From assembly GCA_905331295.1 (NCBI GenBank), contig CAJNYD010000117.1:62001-126000 (forward strand): DNA of 64,000 nt, written 5' to 3'. The DNA comes from Rotaria socialis (Eukaryota). The stretch's first letter is position 1; the number at the start of each line of letters is the position of its first letter. This document shows, piece after piece, positions 24,801 to 39,333 of the stretch. Made by a program: the position numbers and the translations under genes. The notes beneath the pieces were generated by a model. That model was not told where the DNA came from, made no database searches, and saw only the letters and a program-made list of their open reading frames with translations.

Positions 24801-27800
24801 ACAATAATTTGCCATCGCCCCAAATTCAAATCATATGTGGAAAAGCTGGAATTGGTATGAAATTCTATATTTCTTATTATTTTCTTTCCCCGAGCAAAAT
24901 TCTTTGTTTAATTTATAGGAAAAACTCATCGCATCAAAACAGCCTGCAACGATCATAATACGTCATGTGTAAGCATTAATGACAAATTAAATTTGTCATC
25001 GTTGATCAGTACACTGCTGTCATTAGAATCAAAAACGTCAAGTAATCAACTATCCATCTATTTTAATATTTCTATTCATGCAAATTTTAAACAATTGAAT
25101 CATGCATTTTTTTCTCTATTTGTATGCAATTCATTAAATGATCTTACTAGCGGTCTTACATTTTCACCGTCCAAAGAAAAATCATGGAAATTTATTGTTG
25201 AAGTTCCCTATGCCGATAAATACAGCACAACCATTAAGACGAATTTCGATAGAATATTACCAATACTCTCTATTATATCGTCAAATAATTTCGAAGAAGT
25301 TACAGATGAAAATTACCAACTGTTCATTGGCGATGAAGAAAAACTTATGGCAAAATTTCTCAAAGCTTATGAAGATCAAACGATTGATCAATTTTTAACA
25401 CAAGATCCGTTTGGCAATGAGAAACCTGTGCATTTCGATCCATTAACAGATCATAATGAATGTCGTTCTTACATTTACAACTGTATTAAAAAATACGCAC
25501 CGGAGTTGCCAAGAAATAAAATCTTCGAACTCTCATTTACTAAATTTTTATATCGCCGGATTCGATTCTTTACCGGATTTCACTTTTGTCTCAATATGAC
25601 TACTGAACATCTCGGCTCAACTGCTATGAAGCAAATGATATACGAGGCAAAACATCTAACTCAAATAAGTTTTCTTTCAAGCGATTACCCTCGTATTTAT
25701 CTTGTCTACGATCCAGCATTTTCACTACACATATTACACAATGGCTGGAATGCAGTTCCTTTAACATTACAAGCTCTTTTCAGACATGTCGATCCACAAA
25801 AAAGACCAGAATATGGAGATAAAAATTATTTTATAACATGTTTATCCTGGCTAATGGACATTCCCTATACTCTATTCGAACGCATAATGATTGACGCAAA
25901 TTTTATTTTGACAGAAAATTTTACGTATAAACTTTTTCATGTCCATGAAAGAAAATTAACAAAATTAGCTCTTATTATTGAAGGTGAAACAGGTGTTGGG
26001 AAAACATTTCTTCTCAAGTTCTATTCATTGCTACTCAATGCCAACGTCGCTAATAGTAAATTAGAAGATAATCCTGCACCGAAAATCCTTGAACGTACAA
26101 GTCGGTGGTTATTAACACATATTATTAGAGAAATACGACAAAGTGAACCAAATTTATTAAATCTATTCCTTCAAGAAATACAACCGGAGCTACTTGGTTT
26201 TGAAAACACCGGCGAAGATGATCCTACGAATCATCGATTATTATCGGGAATAGAAAAATCCTTACTAATCTCAGATTATAAGCATGGTATTTTACAATAT
26301 ATATGGGCAACATTCATTGGCATCGCGCATGAAAATGCAAATGATGTTGCAAAAAAACTCCTGGTGGAATTGCACGAATTCGTAATATCATTTTTAAGCG
26401 AGTATCCATTAATTCAGCCTAGTCCCCAATTACTTAATTTACTAGAAAAATCATTTCTACCAACAACTGAAACATCGATTGAAATTTTCAATGAATTTCT
26501 AACTCAGACGAGTATTAAACCATTATTTTATCGTCTTCTCTTACACCCTGGTATAACGGAAGAACAAATCAAAGATTTTATGCTTCCTATTTCTCAATTA
26601 GCTGAACAGATGCCTAAAATTGAATTGGTCGTTTTTTTCGATGAAGTTAATACGTCTTCTTGTCTTGGCCTATTTAAAGAAATGTTCATGGATGGAACAT
26701 TACATGGAATTAATTTACCGAAAAATATCTTCTTTACTGCAGCGATTAACCCATCAATAAATCCTAATGGTGTTGCTCAAAATCAGGCTAAAGATGGTTT
26801 TCAAGTTCATCGTCTTGATTATATCGTTCATGAACTACCACAATCACTAGATAGTCTCAAAGTTTCTTATGGAATATTGGATTCGAATACATTAAAAGAT
26901 TATGTCAAACAAAAAATAGCAAAATTCACTGTTGTCTCAACAGGCGACTCCACTAAGAAATTACCATTGATAAAATATGTACAAGAAAAGTTTACTCAAT
27001 GTATTCTCGAAGCACACAGATTTTGTGAACAACGTCTCGGTATTCCTTTTTGTGTTCGTTAAATCTATTGAGATTACAAATTATCTATAAGAATAGTCGT
27101 ATAGGAAATGATTTCGAGCAAAGCCACGCTAATGAGAGGAGTGAAAATATATTCTCGACTATACACGCATGACAAGGAAAAATTTGTTTTGCGTAAAATT
27201 TGGAAATGACAAGTGTTGACCCCAGATACTAAGGTTCCCATTTTTCTTTCAACAAACTTTTCTAATCAGAAAACATGAGTCCATACTAACTAAGCTGAAT
27301 TTCAAAATATCGTTTGTGACAATCAATGCTCAAAATCCTAAAAGCGGCGAAATATTTTTATCTCATTTAGGACGAAATTCTGTATCACAAAGAGAAATCC
27401 AAAGATGTTTCAATCTAATTGACTTCTTTTGGAGCAAGAAGAATGAAAACAATAATGATGACCCGGATCCCATACCATGTATTGTTTTAGCATTAGCGTT
27501 ACTTTATTATTTTCGACTTCCAACAACCGAAGACAATGAACAACGAAACGATCGTAGTACACCATCACGTGAAGAATTCGGTGACGTTCTTTCTAAATAC
27601 ATACCGGGCTTTGTTGAAATTATTCAAAACGAACTTGAACAGTTCGTGAATACTGATCATTTTGTTATTCCACATGGAGTAGCTGTTAATCAAGCCGTGA
27701 GTCTCTCATAATTTGTTCTATAAAAAAAAACAGTTTTATTGCTTTATTTTCTCCATAGATTCGCGAACATATTTTTTCAATTGTCATTAGTATCGTTACT

Positions 27801-30800
27801 CAAATACCATTATGCATAATCGGTGCACCAGGCAAGTGTTTTCCAAAGAATATTTCTAGATTCGATGAACAAAAACATTCACTTCTAGGTCAATCGAAAA
27901 CACTTTCATTTCAAATCGTTTTACAAAACCTACAAGGTTCACAATTATCAGCAAAAGAATTTTGTAAACATTTACCAGCCATCGATCCATTCTTTTGCCT
28001 TGGGTCGAAATATAGCCGATCTGAAGACATTGCAGCTATATTTGAACGAGCTATCAAACGTGAACAACAATACAAGCAAAATCGGATTGACACAAGATGT
28101 GTAAGTTTCTTTTTAACTCTTTTTTTCAAGTGGCTGCCGAATATCAATCTAAAAGCGCCGGCACTTGCGAGACTAGCAACTGTTTAGTTTCTTCACCCGG
28201 ATACAGGTTCGATAGTAAACCTTTCAATAATAGAAAGAAATGAATGATAGATATTAATTTAGTTTTTCTTATTGAGAATTTCCAGGAGTCTATTCATTAG
28301 CGGAAACTAGAATCAAAGCTTCGGCACTCACACATACGCAATTTTATGTAATCACACCCTGCAGTGTATATAAAACTACTATGAAATTTGTTTAGGTTGT
28401 TTTCTTGGACGAAGCCTCGCTGCCCGACGAGAAAAAAATGGTATTAAAAGTGTTACATCCTTATTTGGATGAATGTAAAGTAGCTTTTGTAGCCATAGCT
28501 AATAAATCATTTGATGCTGCTAATGCCAATCGAATGCTTTGTATATATCGATCTTTACCATCGCAAGATGATCAAAAAACATTGGCATACGGTTGCCTTG
28601 GTTTGCCAACCGGACATGAACAACAAAATGTTAACAGAAATCTCGATAAGATAATATATGGCCTGTGCAAAGGTTATCGCCGAGTACTTTCTAGTGAAGG
28701 AATTCCGAAAATTTTTCATGATCGAGATTTTATCTACATGTTAAGAGAACTACGCTTTGAATTACCAACAACAATAACAAACGATGAAGAGACGAGTATT
28801 GGCATTATAAAACCGATTAGTTTACTGCGTGCTCTTGAAGAAAATTTTAATGGAATAAAACGAAACGAATTTAAAGAATTAGTGGAGATCTTTTTTAAAG
28901 CTGTTCAAGAAGAATCTGCTAATTTTTCTTTGCCAATTGAAGCACGACAACGAAACATTTATCGTGATATTCCTACTACTTTGCGAGATTCGATGAAACT
29001 CGATTCGAAACGCCGTCGTTTGTATGGTCGTTATAAATTAGTTATTGATGAATCGGAAGACGAAAGTGCTATAAATCTTTTACTACAAACAGGCATTCTA
29101 GATTCCGATCCTACACGAACATCGATCTTTCGAATGTCCGATTTTCCGGATGATATTAATAATGAATTACGAAATGTGGAAGTATTGTCCACGATCAAAC
29201 TATGCATGGAAACAGGAAGAACAATTGTTATGATAAATACAAGTCGAATTCATGGTTCGCTCTATGATGTTTTCAATCAAAATTTTTCAATAATGGCCAC
29301 AGGTGATACGAGAAAGATCTTTTCAAAGGTTGCAATTGGACCGAAAACAATTGATGTTGCTGTCCATGAAGATTTTCAATGTATTATTCATGTTAAACGA
29401 AGTGAATTCGAAAGTATTCCAGCCCCTTTTCTGAGTCGTTTTCAAAAATATTCGTTGAGTATCAATGATTTCTATCGTATTCGTTTACATAAACTGCCTG
29501 GCAACGAACAGGTTATTATGAAAAACGTCGAAGAGAAAGTTTCATCATTTATTGAACATTTCGGGCGAAATTATTTTTATGGTCTCAATGAAAGTACTCT
29601 TTATTCATGTCTTCTATCATTAATTAAGATCCATGAGAATGAAGAGCATTCTTTATTGAATATACACCAACATTATACACAATTGACCGTTAGACTGAAA
29701 TCGTTTATTGAACAAAATCCTACTAATACTGAACAGTGTCTTGTGAGATTCGTATTATCGAAATTAGTTCAGCTTGTTTCGCCTGAATCAATCATACTGA
29801 AATTGCCAACATTTGAAGAGAAAGTGAAACAATGGTTATGTAATTTATATTTTCAACACCAAGAGCACTTTAATTTTGGAAATTTCATTGAACAATTAGT
29901 TTCAAAACAATTTCTCAATATTGACAACGACTTACAGCCATCATCGGAACATCAAATGATACAAAATTCCCTTCATACAACAACAACAACAACAACAAAA
30001 GTGATCATATTCACACGAACATCATCCTACGTAATTGGTCTGAACGAAAAATCAAAAAATGAATTATTTACTACTAATAATAATGACGATGAAACTTCTA
30101 ATTATAGTAGACAAATCGACATTATAAATTTGGTAAGTACTCAACAGTGTCCACGTTGATGAAAAAATCTATCCGTATTTTTGCCGTAACGTTGCGGAAT
30201 ACAGCCATATCAGTGGCGTAGCCAGGGCTACGGCCATTGAGCACTTGCCCAATGTCGAAAGATCTTGATACACAAATATATTTGAAGATGTATGGTATTA
30301 TTGTGATATAATCAGGTGATGTAGAACGATGAGCCAACAATCGTTTTCTTTAAATCGAAGATTATAACACTAGCTGCTCAATGATATATCTTTTTGTCGA
30401 AACACTCGGTACCTCACCTAAATTCGCTTATGAAAAACATTTGATGATGTAGGTGATGAGATGATTCTTATATCTTTAGGATATTTTTTTAATACAAAAT
30501 ACTGAAATATTTAAAAGGTAACGAATCTACTTGTAAAACAGTGCAAAGAAAAGAGAGTAATTTCGCCTCTTATTTCATAGTGCCGAGCTTTGCTTCAATA
30601 TATATATCGGCTCCGCAATGACAATACGTCTTTAAAAAAAAAGTTGTAGCTCAATCGATTTTTGGATAGCCCATTGGTGCCCACTTCGCAAAATAATTTA
30701 GCTGAGAAACAGTCCATAACTCGAAAATTTCTGACTCCGCCACTCAACTTAGGAATTTATTTATCTACAGTTTGTCAACTATTCAGTTTCGAGTACAAGC

Positions 30801-33800
30801 AGAATCTATCCAAATAAATCAATAATTAGAAGTAATATTTCGAAAATAAAATCTGGTGAGAGAATTGGAAGTTCCAATCATAGTTCATGACTATTCAATG
30901 AAGGCAGCGTTTTAAATTATATTCTCGCTTCCAAGAACCTGTAGCCTTTTAAATTCATTTGCGATTAGGTTAATTCATATAATATTCACGTGCTTTTTAT
31001 TGGCTAATTTGAATATTTGTATACATGAACAAAATAATCCGCGCCAAGCGACTATGCACACCGGTCGTTGTTTGATTACGAACCAAATGCAAGACTTTCA
31101 CCATTTGCTAAAATCCCATGAATTTTAAAGATTTTAATAAATTATAATCACTCGAAATATTTTATTTAGAACACAATTGAAAATTCAGTTGAATTATATC
31201 ATAGATTCAACACCTATGCCGACGATACTGATAAAAATGTTTTAATGGTCATTATCGATGGTCGAAACGGACAACAACGTTCACATATTCCTTTTGTTCG
31301 ACAACTCATTGATAAAACAGAATCTTCTTACAATACGAATCATTGTTCAGAACCGAAATATTTTCTTGTGCTGGTCCATTCATCAACTCAAGATTTATAT
31401 CATCAATCATGTTTTCCATCGATATTTTTGCACAATTGGGAATTTTATTTCTTCGATACTTGTACACCAGGTAGTGCATTTCATCTTCAAAAAATGTTAC
31501 GAATTATTTTATCATCATCTCTTGATGATCAACAATCGCCGAATGTTGACAATGTTCTTTGCGATTTGAATATTCTCTTTGAAGATTCTCTATGGGATTT
31601 TTGTTCTCGAATTCAGCTTCTTCTCCCTGAACTATCAGAAAACATGTTTAAAAATGCGAAAGCCCATGAATTTTATAAACGTCAAACGAATACGCTGCGT
31701 CGCGTCAAATGTCTTAAACATATTCTTCAACAATCGAGACAATTGCAAAAACATATTCTTGATATTTATCATAAATATTTGTTAAGAAAAGAAAATTCTT
31801 CGAAAAAGATCTATAATTTAATTCAGAAAATCTCAAAAGATATTTTATGTGGTCAACGTTTCGATGGTCTCATTGATTCAATTCAATCTCAAACACGAAA
31901 TTCATTTACAAATTTTGTTTCAAACATTTTCAAATTTATTGTCAACGATTACGGATTAGAAACAATACCTAAATTATCAGCTAATAATAAAATCTACGAT
32001 TCATTATTAAATTTAATTGATTATCAATCATTTTCTGCCGACAATGAGAACGATATATTTTCTTCGTCAACAACGCGGGGAATATTTCAACTTAGTAGTC
32101 ATTATTCGTGTATACCGCAAACACCATTGTATCATCTACTTCATCAACGCGTTAAAAAACATGTAGACAATATCAAAGAAACAATAGCTCATGAATTAGT
32201 AAAACATCAAGGTTAGAATTTTGCGATATAAGAACTATCCGAAAAAAGATACTTCCGGAAGATCGTGAGAACGAAATTCGGAATGTCTAGAATTTTACCT
32301 ACGTATATAAATCAGACCTCAAGTCTTGTACTTCTAATCGTAACACAACACTATTTATGTAGTGAAGCATTTCACTAACTACATAGACACATCACTTCTA
32401 TGTCACACAAAAACATTTGTCATTGTAGAAAAATCGATAAGAATAAAATATTCTGTAAAAACGATTCATATTTCGTCCCTGTTATTTTACGAGATCCCAT
32501 AAACACATTGAACATATTAAGAGAGCCCCGGCACAAACAAATAAATTTTGTCATTTTCTTGTATAGATAATGAAGATGATCTACGTCGTGATTATTATGA
32601 TGCTCCACCACAGGTAACGACTGCGAATTATAACAATGCAAATGAGACTGAAATTGCTCAGTATACATTTGAACAATATCGAATTAAATTAATTGTTTCT
32701 ATCTTGAATGATAACGTGTTAACTGGCGCAATCTGTCAACATATTGTTCATTCCTATTCCACTGATCTTATTCGAACATTTTGTAGCATAGCCGAAAATA
32801 ACTTAGATTATGATCTTGCTCAGTGCCAACAAGCAGTTGACTTTGTTTCGCGTTGGCTGTTACTAATCGATGATAACGATCGTCAATCATTAGAAAGTTA
32901 TCTTAATAAAGACGTTTGGCATCTTGCCAACGTTTGCACATCCTTTGAATACGAACAGCACGATCTTATTTCGATGTATTCAGCATTTCGAATTATCAAT
33001 CTTATCAGTCCTGCAGATTCTTCGTATGATCATTTATTTGACGAAGAAAATATTACACGATCTAAGTTACGCGAAAAATTTTTCTATTCAATTTTCAATT
33101 ATTTATGGGAAAATCTTAATCGATTAAATACAAATGATGAAACATGGATTTATGCTTATACATTTATTTCCAAATATTATCCATCGGAGAAAGTTCTACG
33201 CGGTTTACAATTATCTGAAATAAAAAATCGAATTGAATTTATGAATTTGGCTTATTTAATATTTTTAAACGATACACTAGTTAAACCACATGAATTAATA
33301 TCGATTTTACTCAAGGAAATAAACTTTAATTGGTCATCGGTTTGTTTAAAATTACTACCGACTATTACAGATATCATTGGTCGATATTTGGAAACCAAAA
33401 ATATCGCTAATTCAACATTATTCATTGATCTTCAACAATGGACATTAACAATCTTAAAATCAACAAAACAACCTTCTCAACAGGATGTTTATTTCCTATT
33501 CAAATATATAGATCAATCAACTTGTCGATTGTCTTTACAAATGAAGCAATATCTATTCGACGAATTAATTAACATATGTCTTCAGCTTGAAGATCGAAGG
33601 AAGAAATGTTTCGATCTATGGGATCGATTTAAAATCATTCCGCATCTACTTGAATGTGTATCAAATGTTGATCATGCTGAAAATTATAAAATACCTTTTC
33701 ATCCGTCAATAATTTCTGATGACGATGCTGAGATGCAAGCAAGGCCGATTTTATTTGATTTATATTTCTTTAATCTAAAACGTCAAATGACGAATGAAAA

Positions 33801-36800
33801 CATCACAGCAAGTCTTGCCAATAAGGGAATGCTATTGAAATTGCCAACAATTAAAAACACACGTTCAATGCCTATAGGAGAAAATCTTTTCAAGCAATCA
33901 AGAGATTATCTTCGAGTTAGAATGATTGCTTTGCTATTATGTGAGAATAAATTGAACTATGGCGAGATGAATGATGTCAATAGTATCATGTCAGCAATCA
34001 TAGATGAATTTTTATTCATTGACGAACAGCCGACACAGTTTAATGATCATCTTCAACTGTTTCTATCGACAATCATAGAGAAACGATCATGGAATTTTCT
34101 TTTAAATTTATTAAGATCTGAAAGTATTCAACATTTGAATAGCCGATGGGCGACAACTTTATATGATTTACTTGAGCTGAAACAAACACAGAAACAAAAT
34201 AAATATTTACAATATTGCCATCAGATACAATTTACGTTATCTTCAAAAAATGATTCATCCATATTTCCAAGACTTCATGTGCCCTATGAAGAGCTGAGAA
34301 AAATTATTGATATTTGTCTTGAAAGTGAGACTGAAGACAATCAATGGGACATTTTATCAGAGTGGATTCAATCAAAACTTGATTCGGATTCAGTTCCTTT
34401 AGAATTAAAAGAAATCAAGGTGATGTTATTATTAGTGATTTACTACGAATATTATTGTTATAATCAATTATCGATCATAGATTCTTTGTTAGATTTAATT
34501 GAAAACACTTTAAAATTATCATCTGTCGAATTACGATTATTTCGTGTTTTTATAAGACCCGAGCAATTTATGATTGGATACGCAAGCGATAATGATGATA
34601 AAAATTTCCTCAATGATTTATTCAAACTTGATTCTAATGACGAATTCGAATTAAGTTTACGCCACATGCTTGTGAATCTTGTGGCCATGGTTTTACTAGG
34701 TGGCAAAGAATCGTTTCTTTGGACATTTATGTTTCAACCGTTGACATTACAAAATACATTTGGTTAGTAGATTTTATTCATTTTCTCACTAACAAGGTGT
34801 GAGTATTAACTAAACTTTGATTCTAATTAGGATTTGGGTCAACTACACGGCACACAATTCAAGAAAACAGTGTTCACTATGATTGTGGTTGTATTATTTC
34901 ACAAAATGGTGACTTATTACAATTCTCACAGAGAGGAGACACCAGCGGATTGAATGTACCAGCCGTTTATGTTGCCTTTTTTTCGACATTTGGTGCATTG
35001 GTAAGTTTTGCTTTCAAATTTTTTTGTTATAAATTCTTTCACTGTAAGGCGTGGCATCTTTTATTATTTGATGAATCTGTTCAAAATTTGCACGGACCAA
35101 TTCTTGCACCAGGAGCTATTGCTACTGACGAACCAGCCCATCGGCTTGCCGGTCGAAGTATTCGAGCGAAAGTTTGCCATTTTGTCTGCAGTAGATTATT
35201 ATCAACATTTCACTTTTTGTCCATTCAATTGAATCAAAATGATGCTTGTATTCTTCTAACTCGTTGTTTTGAACGTATGGCACATCTTTCGACGCATAAA
35301 AATTCATGGATTAAGTCTGTATACAGAACTAATGATGCTGAAATTAAAGCTGAACAAGAATATAAAGATCAAGTATTTTATTTTGTTTATAATAATCTAG
35401 TTGAATATAAAGGGCAGGTCAATGAATTAAATCTACAATCACAAATTCAAAGGAATCTACAAAATTTTACTGATCATATGCCTATTGTTCTTCAGTTTAC
35501 ACATTTTAAAACAGAATTAAATCGTCTAACAGATTCAAAAGTATCACTTAAAATTTTACAAAATACTCTCAGTTCTTTACCGTTTTTAAAAATAACAACA
35601 TTAATATACGATCTTAGTCAATTCTATCGTCTGTTGCATCAAACATATGCAAAATTAATTGAACGAAATGAATTTTTAACAATAACGTTACAACAATTGT
35701 ATGATCGAGGTCAAATATATTACAATAGTTCTTATCAGCAGCAAGATCAAAATGAGGATAAAACACATCGGTCTATTATTGAAAATGGAATTAAAGCTGT
35801 TAACGAGTATCATCAGTTTTCTGATGGTTTTATTCGACCGGGTGCTTGTGATGAAACACAACGTTTTTCAATCATCGGATGGCAAACGCCGGTGAATTAT
35901 TTAATTACCAATGAAAATCATGACGAAGGAGATATTGTTATGCGTATACTCAGGTTAGTTTGGAGACGTGACTGAATTCCGTGAGTTCTGAGTCATTTTC
36001 CATTCTTTTTTAGTGTCCTAGTTGATTATCACAACAATTTATTAGAATTGATAGAGAACGAATTGGATAAAAATCAGAATGCTATTGTGGGCCCTTTGAA
36101 AACTTTGATCAAGAAATTAACATCAAAAAGTGTTTCGATTTTGCAAGTTGCAAATGATCGTACTGGTGTTATTAATTTGAACGATGAAGATTGTCTATGG
36201 ATCGAACAGTTGTCCCAAGCAAGTGTTATTAGTAATGAAAAACAATACTTTATTACAGCAGAGTCTCGATTATCGTTCGATTTTGTCTATGTTCAATCGC
36301 AGATTATTCGAACATATCTTCTGTATTGTCGCATTAACTACAGTCATATTATTCAAAAATATCAATTTCTGACAAACAGAATAAAAACAACAACAACAGA
36401 TAATGAAAGTTTAGATCTCGAAGAAAAATATTTAGTTCGATTAAGTGATGAACAACTCGAAAATGAATGGAGCTATTTGAAAGATATTCTATTACATAAA
36501 CTTTATCACGCCCATAAACTTCTAAGACAGATAGCATTGACATTGAAAACTCATCAGAACGATTTCTCATTGAGTTATCTTGTTGAATTTGTTCGAACGA
36601 CTGATAAAGATAATGATCTTCTTCAACAATTAGAACAACTTGAAATCAGAGATTTTCAATTACGTTATATTGATCATGTTATCGAAATTTATGGAGGATC
36701 TATTAGTGGATTTCAGCATTTGTTCACCGATATACCACCTTTACTTCGAGTTCGAATTGATCCTCAATTAAATGACGAACTTATTCAACAATTAAATAGC

Positions 36801-39333
36801 AACATTCTTGGCATCGATTATAACAATGATCTAGAAAAAATTCAGATGCAAATTCAAACAATCACAGAATTTCTCAGTGAATTGAAAACAATTGAAGATA
36901 ATCTTCAACAACAATCTACTCAATCATTGGTTCAAACGTGTGGATATTTAGCAATAGCTAATCCAATACTCTCATGGATACCGGATAAAATAAAATGTGA
37001 AAATTATGTTGAACTTTACATTCATTTGATACGCGCGAGATCAAAACTGCAAGAACAAAAGTTAAATATCGAAGAACAAAAAATGAAATTATGGGAAGAA
37101 AATTCTAATTTCGAAGATCAACAAGGAATTCGCTTGCATCAACAATATATAAATCCACAATATGATAGACAAATATCCAACGATCTTGAAAATGAAGATA
37201 TTCAATCTACACCTTTGATGACAATACATTTAACAGCAGTACCATGTTTGTCATCAATATTTTCTCAGCAAATACATAAATATCGAGAAGAATCAGTGGC
37301 GCTGGAACCAGCCATTGTAGCTAAACCACAAAAATATTTTATTACGCATCCAAATGGCGAGTCAAAACCTGTTCTATGGAAAAGAGAAGCTATTTGCGAA
37401 CAATTTAGAAAATTATTTGATGGGAAGCAATACGATTATGATTCATTGGTTGTAGTCGATAAAAATGAAATGTTTTTTGATTTTACCAAGGATAATTATC
37501 GTTTATCAGATCCATCAATTTTAGAATATCATATCATTGAAAAACAGCTATTGATTCAAACTCAAATACATTTTCGAACACAAGTCTACGAATATCTGGC
37601 TACATCTAAATGTACTATGTCGACAATTATTCGTCATTTTATTGATAGTCAACAATTGAGATCGTTATCATCAGATATTATTCTATGTTTCTTTGATGAA
37701 TATGGCAAATGTATTGACGATAAAATCATCAATCATTTTTGCATGGAAGAGTCTAAGACAATTTCAATTTTTGTGACCGAAGAAACATTGGATGGTAACG
37801 CACTCTATGAACTTGCTTGCCAATACAAAAAAGGTAATTGACATATTCTCGGAGTAGTGTCGAAACTAGCAAGGGTCCTATCTTCCTCTCCTTATCATAG
37901 TGAGCGCATTCGGCTGTGTCACTTTCTTAAAGCTTTTGAATTCTTCATTTAGCGTTGAAAACTGGGTGGTTGATATTCTAATTAAAGTTTTCTTTTTGCT
38001 TATAGATGAAACCCCGATGATAGATTTGTTTTCTTCAACAACAAAATGGCAACAAATAAAACTTTGGTTAAAAACTACAATAGATCCTTCTGTCGATGAC
38101 TATGTGTTTTTTATGAGAGAGAAGGAAATAGTTATTGATGATGATCGAATTCTTTCAACGACAACAACAGAATCAATGATAATCGATGTAATAAATCGAA
38201 ATAGCCTGAGAAAAGTTATTTTAACATTTGAAACAAATAATCAAACTGTTGACGTGTTAAAATCAATGAAGATTTCGTCGTTATTAAATTTATTGGGTAT
38301 ATCTTCTGGTGATTGTGTTCTTGTATTGACAGGTGAAAATGAACTTAAATTAATAAAAGATGATTTAGAAAAATCTGTTAGTAATTATTCAAGCAATGAA
38401 AATGACTTACTTCATTTGCAAGTATTAATCTCAATTCAAATAACAAAATATGATGATAAGGAAAACATCAATATACCTTTGTCAAATAGAAATATAACTA
38501 TTGAACAATTATTAAACTTAACTGAAAAATCAATCGATGTTTACAAATATTTAGCAACAAATGATACGAAAAAAATTATTAATTCTAATGAAAAACTTTC
38601 AAATTTAAATCAAACTAAATTTATTCTTGTGCAAGAAAATGAAACTTGTGTGGTATCTATTAAGAAATCGAGTAATAATCTACAACAACGATTTATCGTT
38701 TTCGCTACACTAGCTGATGTTTATAAAGAAAATATTTTGGATCAATATCTTATGTATTCAAATGATTTTGTACCATCAAAAGATATTCAGTTACTATCAT
38801 TTAAGTCAGAATCATCAATTCAATTTATTGCTATCGATGAAAATTTACCCATTACTGTTACTGTACAAAATGATGAAGCGCATATGTCGATTCAATTTAA
38901 TTGTGATCATTCAATTACAGTTGAACGTCTCTATGCAATTGCATGTCAACTATTTTGTTTGAACAATGAGTATTATCGTTTAACTATGGAAGACGTTGAG
39001 TCAATCGACGGCGATGTTTCTCTAAAAGATATTGATGAAAATATGAGTGAAATTAGTTTTAAAATAGTATCAATAGCCTCTCAATATTGTTCGATCAAGT
39101 ACTTGAATCAGATCATTCGATTGCCCTGTTGCCGAGATACATTGGTAATGGCCATAGTTAAAGAAGTACTACAGAAATTAGATAAATCAGTAGATAATGT
39201 CAAGATATATGATTTGATAGCATTGGATGATGATCAAACAGAAATCGATTTCGATTATGTAATAGATGATGTCATTGGATTGTTTCCAAATGGTACAACA
39301 ACAATATCACTGGAATTGAAGAAGAAAAAATGA
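18894..39333 (+). CDS. RNF213: Giant RNF213/mysterin-like AAA+ ATPase, about 5,658 aa. 15 exons: 18894-20757, 21182-22855, 23290-23769, 23826-24854, 24919-27039, 27371-27696, 27759-27831, 27889-28100, 28396-30132, 31170-32211, 32567-34762, 34831-35000, 35049-35953, 36014-37833, 38006-39333
   Basis: All exon phases are compatible (16,977 nt total). RNF213-type motifs occur in order: GKAGIGKT, IIEGETGVGKT, VVFFDEVNT, FTAAINP, YIVHELP, SVSQREIQRC, IIGAPGQSKTLS, VVFLDEASL, LKVLHPYLD, FVAIANKSFDAANANR, RDFIYMLR, KLCMETGRTIVMIN..IHGSLYDVFNQ, APFLSRFQK, LVDYHN. Confidence 0.9.
30211..30745. mobile_element. hAT-like MITE remnant in intron 9 of the RNF213-like gene
   Basis: Termini cagtggcgtagccag ... 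ctgactccgccactc. It accounts for about half of the unusually long (1 kb) intron. No TSD is visible. Confidence 0.5.

Noticed and set aside
18894..39333. Treating the ten or more large ORFs as an operon of separate genes
   Set aside because: Each ORF boundary coincides with phase-compatible splice sites, and motifs (e.g. the Walker A sequences) are completed only after splicing.
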